Shown piece after piece: positions 54,441 through 63,567 of a DNA stretch of 64,000 nt. The first letter of the stretch is position 1; each line of letters starts with the position of its first letter. Position numbers and translations under genes: made by a program. The notes under the pieces were generated by a model. The model was not told where the DNA came from and searched no databases. It saw nothing but the letters and a program-made list of their open reading frames with translations. The DNA comes from Leptospiraceae bacterium (GTDB taxonomy: Bacteria > Spirochaetota > Leptospiria > Leptospirales > Leptonemataceae): assembly GCA_025059995.1 (NCBI GenBank), contig JANXCF010000005.1, positions 124,006 to 188,005 on the forward strand, read 5' to 3'.

Positions 54441-55190
54441 ATGTGTACTTTAACCATTTTTTCTTACGAGAAAGATCGTTCATTTCTGATAGCGTTCAAT
54501 CGAGACGAACTCAAAATTAGAAAGATAGCTTATCCTCCCTCTTTTTATGAGTTTCGTGGGATCAAACAACTTTATCCCAAAGATGCGGAATCCGGAGGTA
54601 CTTGGATAGGAATTAATGATCTGGGATTTGCTTTTGTTTTGTTAAATTACAATCAAAAAGGACTTTATAAAAATTATGCCACCAACCCAGTTTACTTAAA
54701 CAAAAAAAGTCGAGGCTTTATCATTCCTCCTTTGCTGGAATTTTCAACAGAAACAGAAATCTTGCAAGCCATGAAAACCTTACCCTATGAGCAGTTTTCA
54801 CCCTTTCGATTGATTTTCTTTAATCCCCACAAACAAAAAATACATGCTTTGATTTATACAGGAAGGGGGAAAAAATACCGAGAGTATTGTTTGCCATTCT
54901 TTCAAGCATCTTCAGGCATTGGAGATTTAAAGATGTATCCTATCCGAAAGCGCTTGTTTAAAGAATTCTTGAAAAACCCTACCAGCTCCAAACAGCAAAT
55001 TCGTTTTCATCATTACTATAACAAAAAAAAGCCATCCAATGGAATCCTCATGAATCGTAAACTTGCTCATACTGTGAGTCAAAGTTTTATTCTTCTGAAA
55101 GAGAAGAAAGTTTATTTTCATTACAAAGATGTAATCCAAAAGAAGAAATATAAATATCAAATGACACTAAAAACTCCCATTGCTTTGTGA
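54441..55190 (+). CDS. NRDE-family (TANGO2-like, DUF833) protein
   Basis: N-terminal MCT (putative Cys nucleophile) followed by LIAFNRDE. Confidence 0.75.
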   Translation: MCTLTIFSYEKDRSFLIAFNRDELKIRKIAYPPSFYEFRGIKQLYPKDAESGGTWIGINDLGFAFVLLNYNQKGLYKNYATNPVYLNKKSRGFIIPPLLEFSTETEILQAMKTLPYEQFSPFRLIFFNPHKQKIHALIYTGRGKKYREYCLPFFQASSGIGDLKMYPIRKRLFKEFLKNPTSSKQQIRFHHYYNKKKPSNGILMNRKLAHTVSQSFILLKEKKVYFHYKDVIQKKKYKYQMTLKTPIAL

Positions 55191-55196
55191 AGAATA

Positions 55197-55218
55197 AAAA
55201 GGAGCTGTAGCTCCTTTT
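55197..55218. terminator. bidirectional terminator hairpin between the NRDE gene and glnA
   Basis: AAAAGGAGC-TGTA-GCTCCTTTT, a 9-bp stem with A/T-runs on both sides. Confidence 0.7.
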
Positions 55219-56657
55219 TAGCAGTCGTAGTAGAGAACAAACTCATAAGGGTGAGGTCGTTGGTTTACAATTTGTTCTACTTCTGCTCGTTTGTAGGCTA
55301 TGTAATTATCAATAAAGTCTTTATCAAAAGCTCCTGATTTCAAAAGCCATTCTTGATCTTGTTCAAGAGCATCTAAAACCTTAGTCAAATTGGCAGGCAC
55401 GGCTTTGATTTTCTTTTTCTTTTCTTCTGGGACATCATATAGATTGAAGTCTGCTGGTTCACCGGGATCTATTTTATTTTGTATTCCGTCTAACCCAGCT
55501 AAGATCATCGCAGCAAATGCCAAATAAGGATTTGCTGAGGGATCAGGGGTTCGGAATTCAATCCTTCGAGCTTTATCTCCATGAACCGCCACTGGAATAC
55601 GTATCGCAGCTGACCGGTTTCTCGCTGAATAAACTAAACTCACAGGTGCTTCGTATCCTGGAACCAATCGTTTATAGCTATTTGTCGTGGGATTTGTGAA
55701 GGCACACAAAGCAGGACCGTGATGCAAAATTCCTCCAATATAGTATTTGGCAATTTCTGAGAGATTAGCATACCAATTACCTGCAAAGAGATTTTTCCCG
55801 TCTTTCCATAGAGACTGGTGAGTATGCATTCCTGAACCATTATCTCCGAAAAGAGGCTTAGGCATAAAAGTAGCAGAAAACCCATTCCTTCTGGCAACGT
55901 TTTTGACTACGTATTTAAAAAGTTGTAGTTTATCTGCTTGTTTTAGAGCATCGTCTAATTTAAAGTTGATCTCTGCTTGACCTGCACTAGATACTTCATG
56001 ATGATGCCTTTCTGGTGGAATCCCCATTTTATTTAGCATTTCTGTCATTTCGGTTCTTAGGTTCTGAAATTGATCATTTGGTGGTAAAGGGAAGTAACCC
56101 TCTTTCGTTCGCATTTTGAAGCCCAAATTGGGTTTTTCGTCAACCCCCATTCGCCAACGTGCATCAATGGAATCAATGAAGTAAAATCCTTGATTGGTAA
56201 TTTGCTCATAGCGAACATCACTGAAGATGAAGAACTCCGCTTCTGGTCCCATGTAGCATGTATCCGCAATCCCCGTGCTTTTCATATATTCTATGGTTTT
56301 CTTCAAGATATATCGAGGATCCCGGTTGTAAGGCTTTGGAGGCTCTCCATTTTTAGGAGGTTCGTAAATATCAGCGATCACGGCTAAGGTTTTGTGCTCA
56401 AAAAAAGGATCAATATACGCACTGGTAGCATCTAATCGTGCCAACATGTCGGACTCTTGAATGACTTTCCATCCACGAATGGAAGAACCATCAAATCCAA
56501 TTCCATAATAAAAAGCATCTTCATCTATTGCATCAATGTGAAATGTCACATGATGCATCATCCCCAACATATCAGTGAATCGAACATCAATGTATTCTAT
56601 TTTTTCATCTCTACAATACTTTAATAAACTTTTTGGGTCTTTGGGTAAATCATACAT
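55218..56657 (-). CDS. glnA: type I glutamine synthetase
   Basis: FGDNGSGMHTHQSLW, NSYKRLVPGYEAP, and an adenylylation-loop-like FNLYDVPEE. Confidence 0.95.
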   Translation of the reverse strand: MYDLPKDPKSLLKYCRDEKIEYIDVRFTDMLGMMHHVTFHIDAIDEDAFYYGIGFDGSSIRGWKVIQESDMLARLDATSAYIDPFFEHKTLAVIADIYEPPKNGEPPKPYNRDPRYILKKTIEYMKSTGIADTCYMGPEAEFFIFSDVRYEQITNQGFYFIDSIDARWRMGVDEKPNLGFKMRTKEGYFPLPPNDQFQNLRTEMTEMLNKMGIPPERHHHEVSSAGQAEINFKLDDALKQADKLQLFKYVVKNVARRNGFSATFMPKPLFGDNGSGMHTHQSLWKDGKNLFAGNWYANLSEIAKYYIGGILHHGPALCAFTNPTTNSYKRLVPGYEAPVSLVYSARNRSAAIRIPVAVHGDKARRIEFRTPDPSANPYLAFAAMILAGLDGIQNKIDPGEPADFNLYDVPEEKKKKIKAVPANLTKVLDALEQDQEWLLKSGAFDKDFIDNYIAYKRAEVEQIVNQRPHPYEFVLYYDC

Positions 56658-56890
56658 AGAGTTTCTCCTGATTTAGATTTTTTAAACGAAATAGGTTTCG
56701 CTATTAAGAATCTGCAAAAACAATTCCTAACAATTTGGATAAATTACGATTTATGAATAAAACAATTTGTCAAAGAAATAGGCAAATTACACAAAAAATA
56801 ACACCATAGAAAAAGAGAATTTTAGCATTTTTAAAAGGGCTTTAAAACATGAATTGACATAAAAATCAATTTTATCTTTATTCATGTATC

Positions 56891-58054
56891 ATGAAAGAAA
56901 TCAGAAGAACTAAACGGATTCTTCCTTTCAAAAGAGAGCATGAAGAGTTTCGAGAAATTGTTCGGGAATTTGTAGAAAAAGAAATTGTGCCTTATCATTC
57001 TCAGTGGGAGCAAGAGGGGATTGTGCCAAGAGAACTTTGGGAAAAAGCAGGAAGTTTAGGGATACTATGTCCTAATTTTCCTCCCGAATACGGTGGTGCA
57101 GGTGCTGATTTTTTGTTCAACGTGGTTGTGATTGAAGAATTGGCAAGGGTAGGAGCTTCAGGAGTTTTTTTTAGTTTGCATAGTGATGTGGTAGCTACTT
57201 ATATTCTTCATTATGGAACAGAAGAACAAAAAAAACGATGGCTTCCTGATATCATAGCAGGAAAGAAAATCTTAGCCATTGCCATGACAGAACCAAATGC
57301 AGGTTCCGATTTAGCAGGAATACAAACCACGGCTGTGGATCAGGGAGATCATTATTTAGTGAATGGATCAAAAACGTTTATTTCCAATGGGTATTTAGCG
57401 GACTTAGTGGTTGTAGCCGTAAAGACCAACCCCAAAAAAGGAATTAATGGGATTTCTTTACTGGTTTTGGAAAGAGGGATGGAGGGTTTTGAACGAGGAA
57501 AGAAATTAAAAAAAATTGGGCTCCATGCCCAAGATACAGCTGAGTTGTTTTTTCACAATGTAAGAGTTCCCAAAGAAAACCTTCTAGGCAAAGAGGGATA
57601 TGGATTTCGTTATTTGATGAATGAACTGGCAACCGAACGTTTGGTGCTTGCTATCTCGAACATGCGCTCAGCAGAAGTGATACTTGACATGACCGTAGAT
57701 TACGTAAAAACCCGTCAAGCCTTTGGTAAACCCATCGGGAAGTTTCAAAATACCCAATTTCGTTTGGCGGAATTGTTTACGGAACAATGTGCTGCAAGGG
57801 CATTTTTGGATTTGGTGATTCTCCGATATCTGGAAGGAAACAAAGTCACCGTTGAAGCTTCTCAATGTAAACTTTTGTGTTCTGAGTTATTAAAACGTCA
57901 TGTGGATGAATGTTTACAATTTTTTGGTGGCTATGGTTATATTTTAGAATATCCCATTGCTAAGGCTTATATTGATGCCAGGGTTCAAACCATCTACGCA
58001 GGAACTTCTGAAATCATGAAGGAAATCATTGCCAGTAAAGGCTTAGGATTATAA
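56891..58054 (+). CDS. acyl-CoA dehydrogenase
   Basis: AMTEPNAGSDLAG, FISNG, QFFGGYGY and IYAGTSEIM. Confidence 0.9.
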   Translation: MKEIRRTKRILPFKREHEEFREIVREFVEKEIVPYHSQWEQEGIVPRELWEKAGSLGILCPNFPPEYGGAGADFLFNVVVIEELARVGASGVFFSLHSDVVATYILHYGTEEQKKRWLPDIIAGKKILAIAMTEPNAGSDLAGIQTTAVDQGDHYLVNGSKTFISNGYLADLVVVAVKTNPKKGINGISLLVLERGMEGFERGKKLKKIGLHAQDTAELFFHNVRVPKENLLGKEGYGFRYLMNELATERLVLAISNMRSAEVILDMTVDYVKTRQAFGKPIGKFQNTQFRLAELFTEQCAARAFLDLVILRYLEGNKVTVEASQCKLLCSELLKRHVDECLQFFGGYGYILEYPIAKAYIDARVQTIYAGTSEIMKEIIASKGLGL

Positions 58055-59548
58055 TCAAAATCTCAGCCAAAGAAAGTGTAAATCCCAATCGGTTTCTTTT
58101 TCTTCGTCCGTCAAAAGAGCTCCATACTTGGGATATAAATACAAAGGAACTCTTTCTCGTTTGCTGTATTTTGTTTTGGAAATTCCTAGAAGTCCCCCTA
58201 AGAACGTGAATTTCCATTGATACGGATTTGATTTATAGTGGAATCCCAAAAAAAATAAATTCCATTCGTCATAATCACGGTTCCAACGAAAACTCATAAT
58301 CCTCATCAAGAAGGACAAATATCGATCGTTATTTTCGAAGCGTTGGTATTCTATTAAAGAATAAAAATTTCCCCAAATCTTTTCGAAATAATCGTCAGGT
58401 AAGGGCCACAACGCCAAAACCCGCCAGCCAAAGGAAGTTTCTTCCCGCCAATAGCTCATGAATGGCCAAAGTTTCCAACTTATGGTTTCTACTTGTTCTT
58501 GTTGGTAGTAACGATAATGGTGATACCAGAACGGGAGGAAAAAACGATAATTTGATTGTATTAGAGCTGATTCCGTTTTCAAATTCCCCCAAAAGATAAA
58601 ATAAAAATTCGTTTCTTTATAATAGGAAATATCCTTTACCCCAGATCGGTGATGAACGTAAAAAGGAAAAAATACCCACCTTCGAAGGTAAGGTCGATCA
58701 GAGCGGCTATATTGAAAGAGTATCCAAAGAAATTTAAAGTCAAAGGCATTTACGACTTTATCTTCTCCCCATGAAATCAAAGAAATCGGATACAAAATGC
58801 TATAGGCATACATATTTCCGTGTTGGGACCTCTTTTGAGCATAAAAAGGAAAAAACATAAAAAAAGATCTGGGTTCTTTTTTGTCTAAGCCGTCCCAACC
58901 CCATTGAAAAAAGGGCCAAAGCAAGGTCTTACGATTGTATTTACCTTCGTGAACTTTACTGGAATAAAATGGCAGGAATCGAAAATCTTTTCTTTTAAAG
59001 CCATCGCCCCCCCACATAGTAAGAGGCCATAAAATGGAATATCCACGGTAATTTCGATATTCCCAAGAAACATACAATGGGAAAAGCACATATCGGATTT
59101 CTTCCCAAGATACTTTGTCTTTTAAGATTCCAAAAAAAGGAAAAAAACTAAAAAACCTTTCCTTGGGATTATTCCCATAACCCCAGTAGAACAAAGGAGT
59201 TAAAACCAACTCTCCTTCTGTTTTTTCTATTTGGTCATACTTTTCATCTTTGTTAAGTAGATACAAAAAGGTCCATGTATTCCAATAATTGGTTCCATGG
59301 GAGTAATACAAAGGATACAAAAAAGAATAAAATCGATATGCCCTTTCATGATTCTGATAGCTTGAGTAGAAAGGATGTATTACAATCTCTTTTTGTTCTA
59401 TGGATTGGCTTGAGTCATACAAAAAAAGGAATTCATAGTAATCAATGGGTCCTTCGGTTTTAACAGAAGTAGGATGCCTTCCTAAAAGGTCTTGATTCTC
59501 GGAAAATAAGAAGACAAAAAACAAAAGAAAAAATCTTAAAAAAAACAT
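58055..59548 (-). CDS. aromatic-rich repeat protein, probably an outer-membrane beta-barrel
   Basis: Signal-like MFFLRFFLLFFVFLFS. At least six repeats of an [FL][FL]P[FL][YFW] motif (FFPFFG, LFPLYV, FLPFYS, FFPFYA, FFPFYV, FLPFWY). C-terminal ...LWLRF ends in Phe. Confidence 0.5.
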   Translation of the reverse strand: MFFLRFFLLFFVFLFSENQDLLGRHPTSVKTEGPIDYYEFLFLYDSSQSIEQKEIVIHPFYSSYQNHERAYRFYSFLYPLYYSHGTNYWNTWTFLYLLNKDEKYDQIEKTEGELVLTPLFYWGYGNNPKERFFSFFPFFGILKDKVSWEEIRYVLFPLYVSWEYRNYRGYSILWPLTMWGGDGFKRKDFRFLPFYSSKVHEGKYNRKTLLWPFFQWGWDGLDKKEPRSFFMFFPFYAQKRSQHGNMYAYSILYPISLISWGEDKVVNAFDFKFLWILFQYSRSDRPYLRRWVFFPFYVHHRSGVKDISYYKETNFYFIFWGNLKTESALIQSNYRFFLPFWYHHYRYYQQEQVETISWKLWPFMSYWREETSFGWRVLALWPLPDDYFEKIWGNFYSLIEYQRFENNDRYLSFLMRIMSFRWNRDYDEWNLFFLGFHYKSNPYQWKFTFLGGLLGISKTKYSKRERVPLYLYPKYGALLTDEEKETDWDLHFLWLRF

Positions 59549-59560
59549 ATAATATTTAGT

Positions 59561-59579
59561 GAGGGGGATGAAACCCCTC
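59561..59579 (-). terminator. possible terminator hairpin after the LysM gene
   Basis: GAGGGG-GATGAAA-CCCCTC, a 6-bp G/C stem with no strong U-tract. Confidence 0.3.
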
Positions 59580-59607
59580 TAAGAATTAGGCTTATCAAGG
59601 GAAAGGC

Positions 59608-60240
59608 TTATTGTTTGGGAATCTTAATGACTTGACCTTGTTTTAATTTGCTCCAATCTATTTCGGGATTCAACTCTTCGAGTTTCTCACGGGTAGTTTT
59701 AAACTTATTAGCAATCTTGAGAAGTGTGTCCCCTCGTTGGATTGTGTATTCTTGGAAATTTGGTTTTACTTCTTGAGGTTCTTGCTTAGGTGTTGTTGGT
59801 TCTTGTTTTGGTTCTTGTGGTTGAGGAGTTGCAGGTTGTTGTGCTTGTTGGGTTTGTTGAGGTTCAATTTTCGCTTGTTCTTGCTTTGGAGTTTCTTTTT
59901 GACCACGAGTAAAAATCAAGATGCCAATTAAAATCAAAATCACCACTAAGACAGCAATTAGGATTTTGTTTTTGTTAGCCTCTTTGATTTCTTGGGTTTC
60001 TTTGGTTTCTTGTGCTGCTGGTATGACTTCTTGGTGGATTTCTTTTTGAGCTTGCGTAGAGGGTTCGTGTAAGGAAAGTTCTTTTCGTTGTTCTTCTAAT
60101 TTTGTTTCAACTTCAGATGAGATTAATGATTCCTCTTTCTTTGTGGTTTTTTTTGCTTCTTTCTTTGCTGCTTTCTTTGTTTCTTTTTTTCCTGCTACTT
60201 CTTTCTTTGCTGTTTTCTTCGTTGTTTTCTTTGTTGCCAT
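59608..60240 (-). CDS. LysM-domain membrane protein with Lys-rich N-terminus and Pro/Gln-rich linker
   Basis: KKTTKKTAKKEVAGKKETKKAAKKEAKKTTKK, TM ILIAVLVVILILIGILIF, PQQTQQAQQPATPQPQEPKQEP linker, LysM YTIQRGDTLLKIANKF...LKQGQVIKIP. Confidence 0.8.
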   Translation of the reverse strand: MATKKTTKKTAKKEVAGKKETKKAAKKEAKKTTKKEESLISSEVETKLEEQRKELSLHEPSTQAQKEIHQEVIPAAQETKETQEIKEANKNKILIAVLVVILILIGILIFTRGQKETPKQEQAKIEPQQTQQAQQPATPQPQEPKQEPTTPKQEPQEVKPNFQEYTIQRGDTLLKIANKFKTTREKLEELNPEIDWSKLKQGQVIKIPKQ

Positions 60241-60439
60241 ATAAACAAGATTTTTGATTCGATATCTATTTTCAACTCATTTTCAAAATTTGCCATTTTG
60301 ATTGTTTTAATTTTTTAAATATTTTATCAATTTTCATTAAGTTTTATTAAAACTTCAAAACAAATAGGTTGTGCTGATGAAGATATCTTTCGATTAAATT
60401 TAGGTTGCTTATATCCTGAATCGAAATTAATTGGTAGGT

Positions 60440-60862
60440 ATGAACAAAAAAATCTTCTTTATACTTGTGTCTCTTATCGCATTAGTCTTGAGTCTCTTCT
60501 TTATCAATCCTGATACAAGTCAGACCTTGCTTATCGTAGATGCTGATTATGTCGTTGATAACAAGGCTTCACTTTATAACAAAGAATTACGTATTCGTGG
60601 ATTTGTAAAACCCGGAAGTATTTTACGTATGGGGAACAAAGCGGAATTCATCGTAACCCATAACAACAAAGAGGTCCTTGTTTACTTTAATGGAAAAACT
60701 CAAATTCCAGATACGTTTGGCGATGCTGCTCCTGTAAGAATTGATGGTCGATTACAACCCGATGGTCGATTTGTTGCCTACAAAATAGAAGCAAAATGTG
60801 CTTCTAAATACGAAGCTCCCTCCTATACAAGCACCCTTCCTCAAAATACAAAAAACCTGTGA
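60440..60862 (+). CDS. ccmE: cytochrome c maturation haem chaperone CcmE, CxxxY variant
   Basis: N-terminal TM anchor. OB-fold pattern ELRIRGFVKPGSI...VYFNGKTQIPDTFGDAAPVRIDGRL. The haem-binding position reads KCASKY (Cys codon at 60797-60799) instead of H-x3-Y. Confidence 0.75.
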   Translation: MNKKIFFILVSLIALVLSLFFINPDTSQTLLIVDADYVVDNKASLYNKELRIRGFVKPGSILRMGNKAEFIVTHNNKEVLVYFNGKTQIPDTFGDAAPVRIDGRLQPDGRFVAYKIEAKCASKYEAPSYTSTLPQNTKNL

Positions 60863-60899
60863 AAACCAGTATAACCTATAAGAATAAGGAAAGTCAATT

Positions 60900-63401
60900 A
60901 TGCTAAGCTGGAATGAATTAGGTTCCATCACAATTGTAGTCATTGGTATTTTGGTATTGTTTTCTTTTTTGATGGGATTATTGAGCCTCCCCACAAAATT
61001 AAAATTCCAACTCCTTCGATCTCTTATCTTAGAACTGTTATTTCGTAAAAACAAACTCAAGGTCATTCGTTTTTATCGAAGGATCGTAGAAGTTTGGGAA
61101 TATCTGTCATTAAAAACCTTTGAATTTCTCAAGATCAACAAAAACCAAGCCTTAGAATTAGCAAAACAAGGTCTCATTGTCAATTTCTTCGTCACACTGA
61201 TAGCGGCTACTATCCTATGGATACAATTAATAATTAGTGATTATTCGAGTAAGTATGTCGTAAGTTATTCTTCGGATGGTTTATCTCTTTTTTATCGGCT
61301 TACTGCGATTTGGGCGGGTCCTAGTGGTTCTCTTTTGTTTTGGTATCTGATTTTGAGCTTTTTTTCTTTTTATGTTTTGTATAAAGATCGATTCCAACTT
61401 CAAAATCGAATTCCCATTGTGATTTTGATTCTTAGTTCTATTCATCTGCTCTTTATTTCGTTGATTTTGTATTTTGAGGATGGTCAACCTTTCCTTGAAT
61501 ACTACGCTCCCATGAAGGCAGGAAAGGGCATGAATCCTCTTCTCCTTCATTGGGCGATGATTATCCACCCCCCGATTTTGTATATTGGTTATGTTAGCTA
61601 TGCTATTCCGTTTGCGTTATATATCAGCTCTGTGATTTCGGGAAATGTTCGTCAGGATTTACTTTCGCTTTTTCGAAGGTGGGGTTTGTTTTCTTGGTTT
61701 TTTTTGGGTTTTGGGATTTTGTTGGGAAGTCTTTGGGCATATGAAGAACTTGGATGGGGCGGTTATTGGGCGTGGGATCCCGTTGAAAATGCGAGTTTGA
61801 TGCCATTTCTTTTCGGAACTGCGTTTTTACACTCCTTGGCGGTTTTGGAACAACGAAAAATGTTTCATTTTTGGAGTTTGCTTTTGATTGTTCTTACGTA
61901 TCACTTTTGCCTTTTGGGGACCTGGATCACACGTAGTGGTGTGATTGAAGGACCTCATTCCTTTGCTAAATCCGACATCGGAATCCCGTTGATTATTTAT
62001 ATTATCATTAGCTTTTTGTATTTTGTTCGTTTTCTTTACTTCAAAAGACATCTTTTGGTGTCAAAAGAACACATCCAAAATATAACATCAAAAGAAGGGA
62101 GCTTCTTACTCAATAACTATCTAATGGTGATTTCTGTTGTGATTATTTTGATAGGAGTGTTTTCTCCTTTGATTCCTTATCATTGTTCTTTTAATGATGG
62201 ATTTCAATGCTTTAAGGTTGAATGGAAACCCACTACTTTCAATAAAGTAATGGTTCCTATTGGGATTCTAATGCTACTAATCATGGGTCTTTCTCCATTA
62301 CAATCATGGCGTAAACCCATAAGCCATATTTACGAAAAATCCATCAAAAAACCTCTATGGATAGGTTTGATTGGAACTCTTTTGTATGCTTTTGTTTATT
62401 TCTTTTATCTTCGTCCTTTTGTGAAGCTTGAGAATAGTCCATGGGGACCTCAGATCGTTGCTGATATTTTCTCTATCTTGACGGTGGGAATTGGAATTTT
62501 TGTGATTGCAGGTATCGTTCAAGAGTATCAAAGGGCTATACGAGTTCGAAGAATCCGAATGAAGGAATCCCTTTTCCAATCCTTTATCCAAATTCTTCGA
62601 AGGAATCAACGAAGGTATGGGGGATATTTGGTTCACCTTTCGATTGTGATCTTATTTATTGGTTTTTCGGGTGGTTCCTTCAAAACCGAGTATCAGGTTC
62701 AATTCCATTATACTTTGATGCCACCTCAAAGTGAAAACTCGCCTTATATTTATTACTACAGTGGGGATAAGGTGTACATTCAAGGATATACGATTGAAGC
62801 AAGAGAACTTTTCATTCGTCCTTTTTTTGAACCAAATGCTGATCCCAATAATCCCATTTATTTGACTATATCACAAGAATCCCACTATCGAGTCAATCCC
62901 ACACAGCATTTGCCAGTGATTACAGCAAGCCAAGTTGATCCTTACCAATTTGCCAATGAACCAACACCATTCTTAGAAAAAATCGAAAACCTTGCTTTTG
63001 GCATAATTAGCGATCAACGTATGATCACGGAACGAAGGTTTTACCCTCAAATTCATCCCTATACAGGAGATTTAATTAGGACTCCGATCGGTTTTGGAGA
63101 AAGATTGGTAACAAGCGAACCAGAAATCATTTCCAGTTGGACAGAAGACATTTACATACAAGTTGGAGCCATCTTTGATCCCCATCGCAACAAAACCCCT
63201 GACATTGCCAGTATGTTTGAGTTTTATTACTATGATTTGAAAAGAAGCCCAGAAGCTTACTATATGCTTTTCCCAAAAAACATTGTTGTGGATGTGCAAA
63301 TTTGGATCAATCCTTTCATGAAGTTGCTATGGTTGGGAACGTTTTTGTTTTTCATCGCAGGTTTGATTGTTTTTCTACCCCAAGTCGAGATAAAAAAGTA
63401 A
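60900..63401 (+). CDS. ccmF: cytochrome c maturation haem lyase subunit CcmF (enlarged, 833 aa)
   Basis: WWD motif WGGYWAWDPVENASLMPFLFGTAFLHS with flanking His, many TM segments. Extra basic loop after TM1 and a large C-terminal periplasmic region. Confidence 0.85.
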   Translation: MLSWNELGSITIVVIGILVLFSFLMGLLSLPTKLKFQLLRSLILELLFRKNKLKVIRFYRRIVEVWEYLSLKTFEFLKINKNQALELAKQGLIVNFFVTLIAATILWIQLIISDYSSKYVVSYSSDGLSLFYRLTAIWAGPSGSLLFWYLILSFFSFYVLYKDRFQLQNRIPIVILILSSIHLLFISLILYFEDGQPFLEYYAPMKAGKGMNPLLLHWAMIIHPPILYIGYVSYAIPFALYISSVISGNVRQDLLSLFRRWGLFSWFFLGFGILLGSLWAYEELGWGGYWAWDPVENASLMPFLFGTAFLHSLAVLEQRKMFHFWSLLLIVLTYHFCLLGTWITRSGVIEGPHSFAKSDIGIPLIIYIIISFLYFVRFLYFKRHLLVSKEHIQNITSKEGSFLLNNYLMVISVVIILIGVFSPLIPYHCSFNDGFQCFKVEWKPTTFNKVMVPIGILMLLIMGLSPLQSWRKPISHIYEKSIKKPLWIGLIGTLLYAFVYFFYLRPFVKLENSPWGPQIVADIFSILTVGIGIFVIAGIVQEYQRAIRVRRIRMKESLFQSFIQILRRNQRRYGGYLVHLSIVILFIGFSGGSFKTEYQVQFHYTLMPPQSENSPYIYYYSGDKVYIQGYTIEARELFIRPFFEPNADPNNPIYLTISQESHYRVNPTQHLPVITASQVDPYQFANEPTPFLEKIENLAFGIISDQRMITERRFYPQIHPYTGDLIRTPIGFGERLVTSEPEIISSWTEDIYIQVGAIFDPHRNKTPDIASMFEFYYYDLKRSPEAYYMLFPKNIVVDVQIWINPFMKLLWLGTFLFFIAGLIVFLPQVEIKK

Positions 63402-63420
63402 ACCAACACTTTGATCTCAG

Positions 63421-63567
63421 ATGGAATTTATTAAAGTTCTCATTCTGATTTTTTTGTTTTTAGCGGTAGTTTCTCTTTTTTTCCTTTGGTGTCAAAGAAC
63501 TCAGAAAAAACAAACAACACACCACGAGGTAAAGTATGAAAAGAATTTTATTGATTTTTCTAACTAA
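63421..63567 (+). CDS. possible 48-aa single-TM protein (below the ORF-track cutoff)
   Basis: My own translation: MEFIKVLILIFLFLAVVSLFFLWCQRTQKKQTTHHEVKYEKNFIDFSN. No clear SD. Overlaps the next ORF's start. Confidence 0.25.
   Translation: MEFIKVLILIFLFLAVVSLFFLWCQRTQKKQTTHHEVKYEKNFIDFSN

Noticed and set aside
24387-58055. Convergent gene pairs whose stop codons abut or overlap with no room for terminators (24389/24390, 29468-29473, 46374/46376, 49087-49090, 58054/58055).
   Set aside because: This is consistent with general genome compaction across the whole window. No additional structure or repeat is associated with these junctions.
276-62636. Many short ORFs in the track nested in or antisense to large genes (e.g. 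276-464, 1249-1476, 3062-3352, 26351-28280 set, 43306-43782, 47459-47785, 49343-49759, 61281-62636 set).
   Set aside because: They lie entirely within well-supported conserved genes, have low-complexity or hydrophobic junk-like translations, and lack start context. These are typical shadow ORFs of AT-rich DNA.
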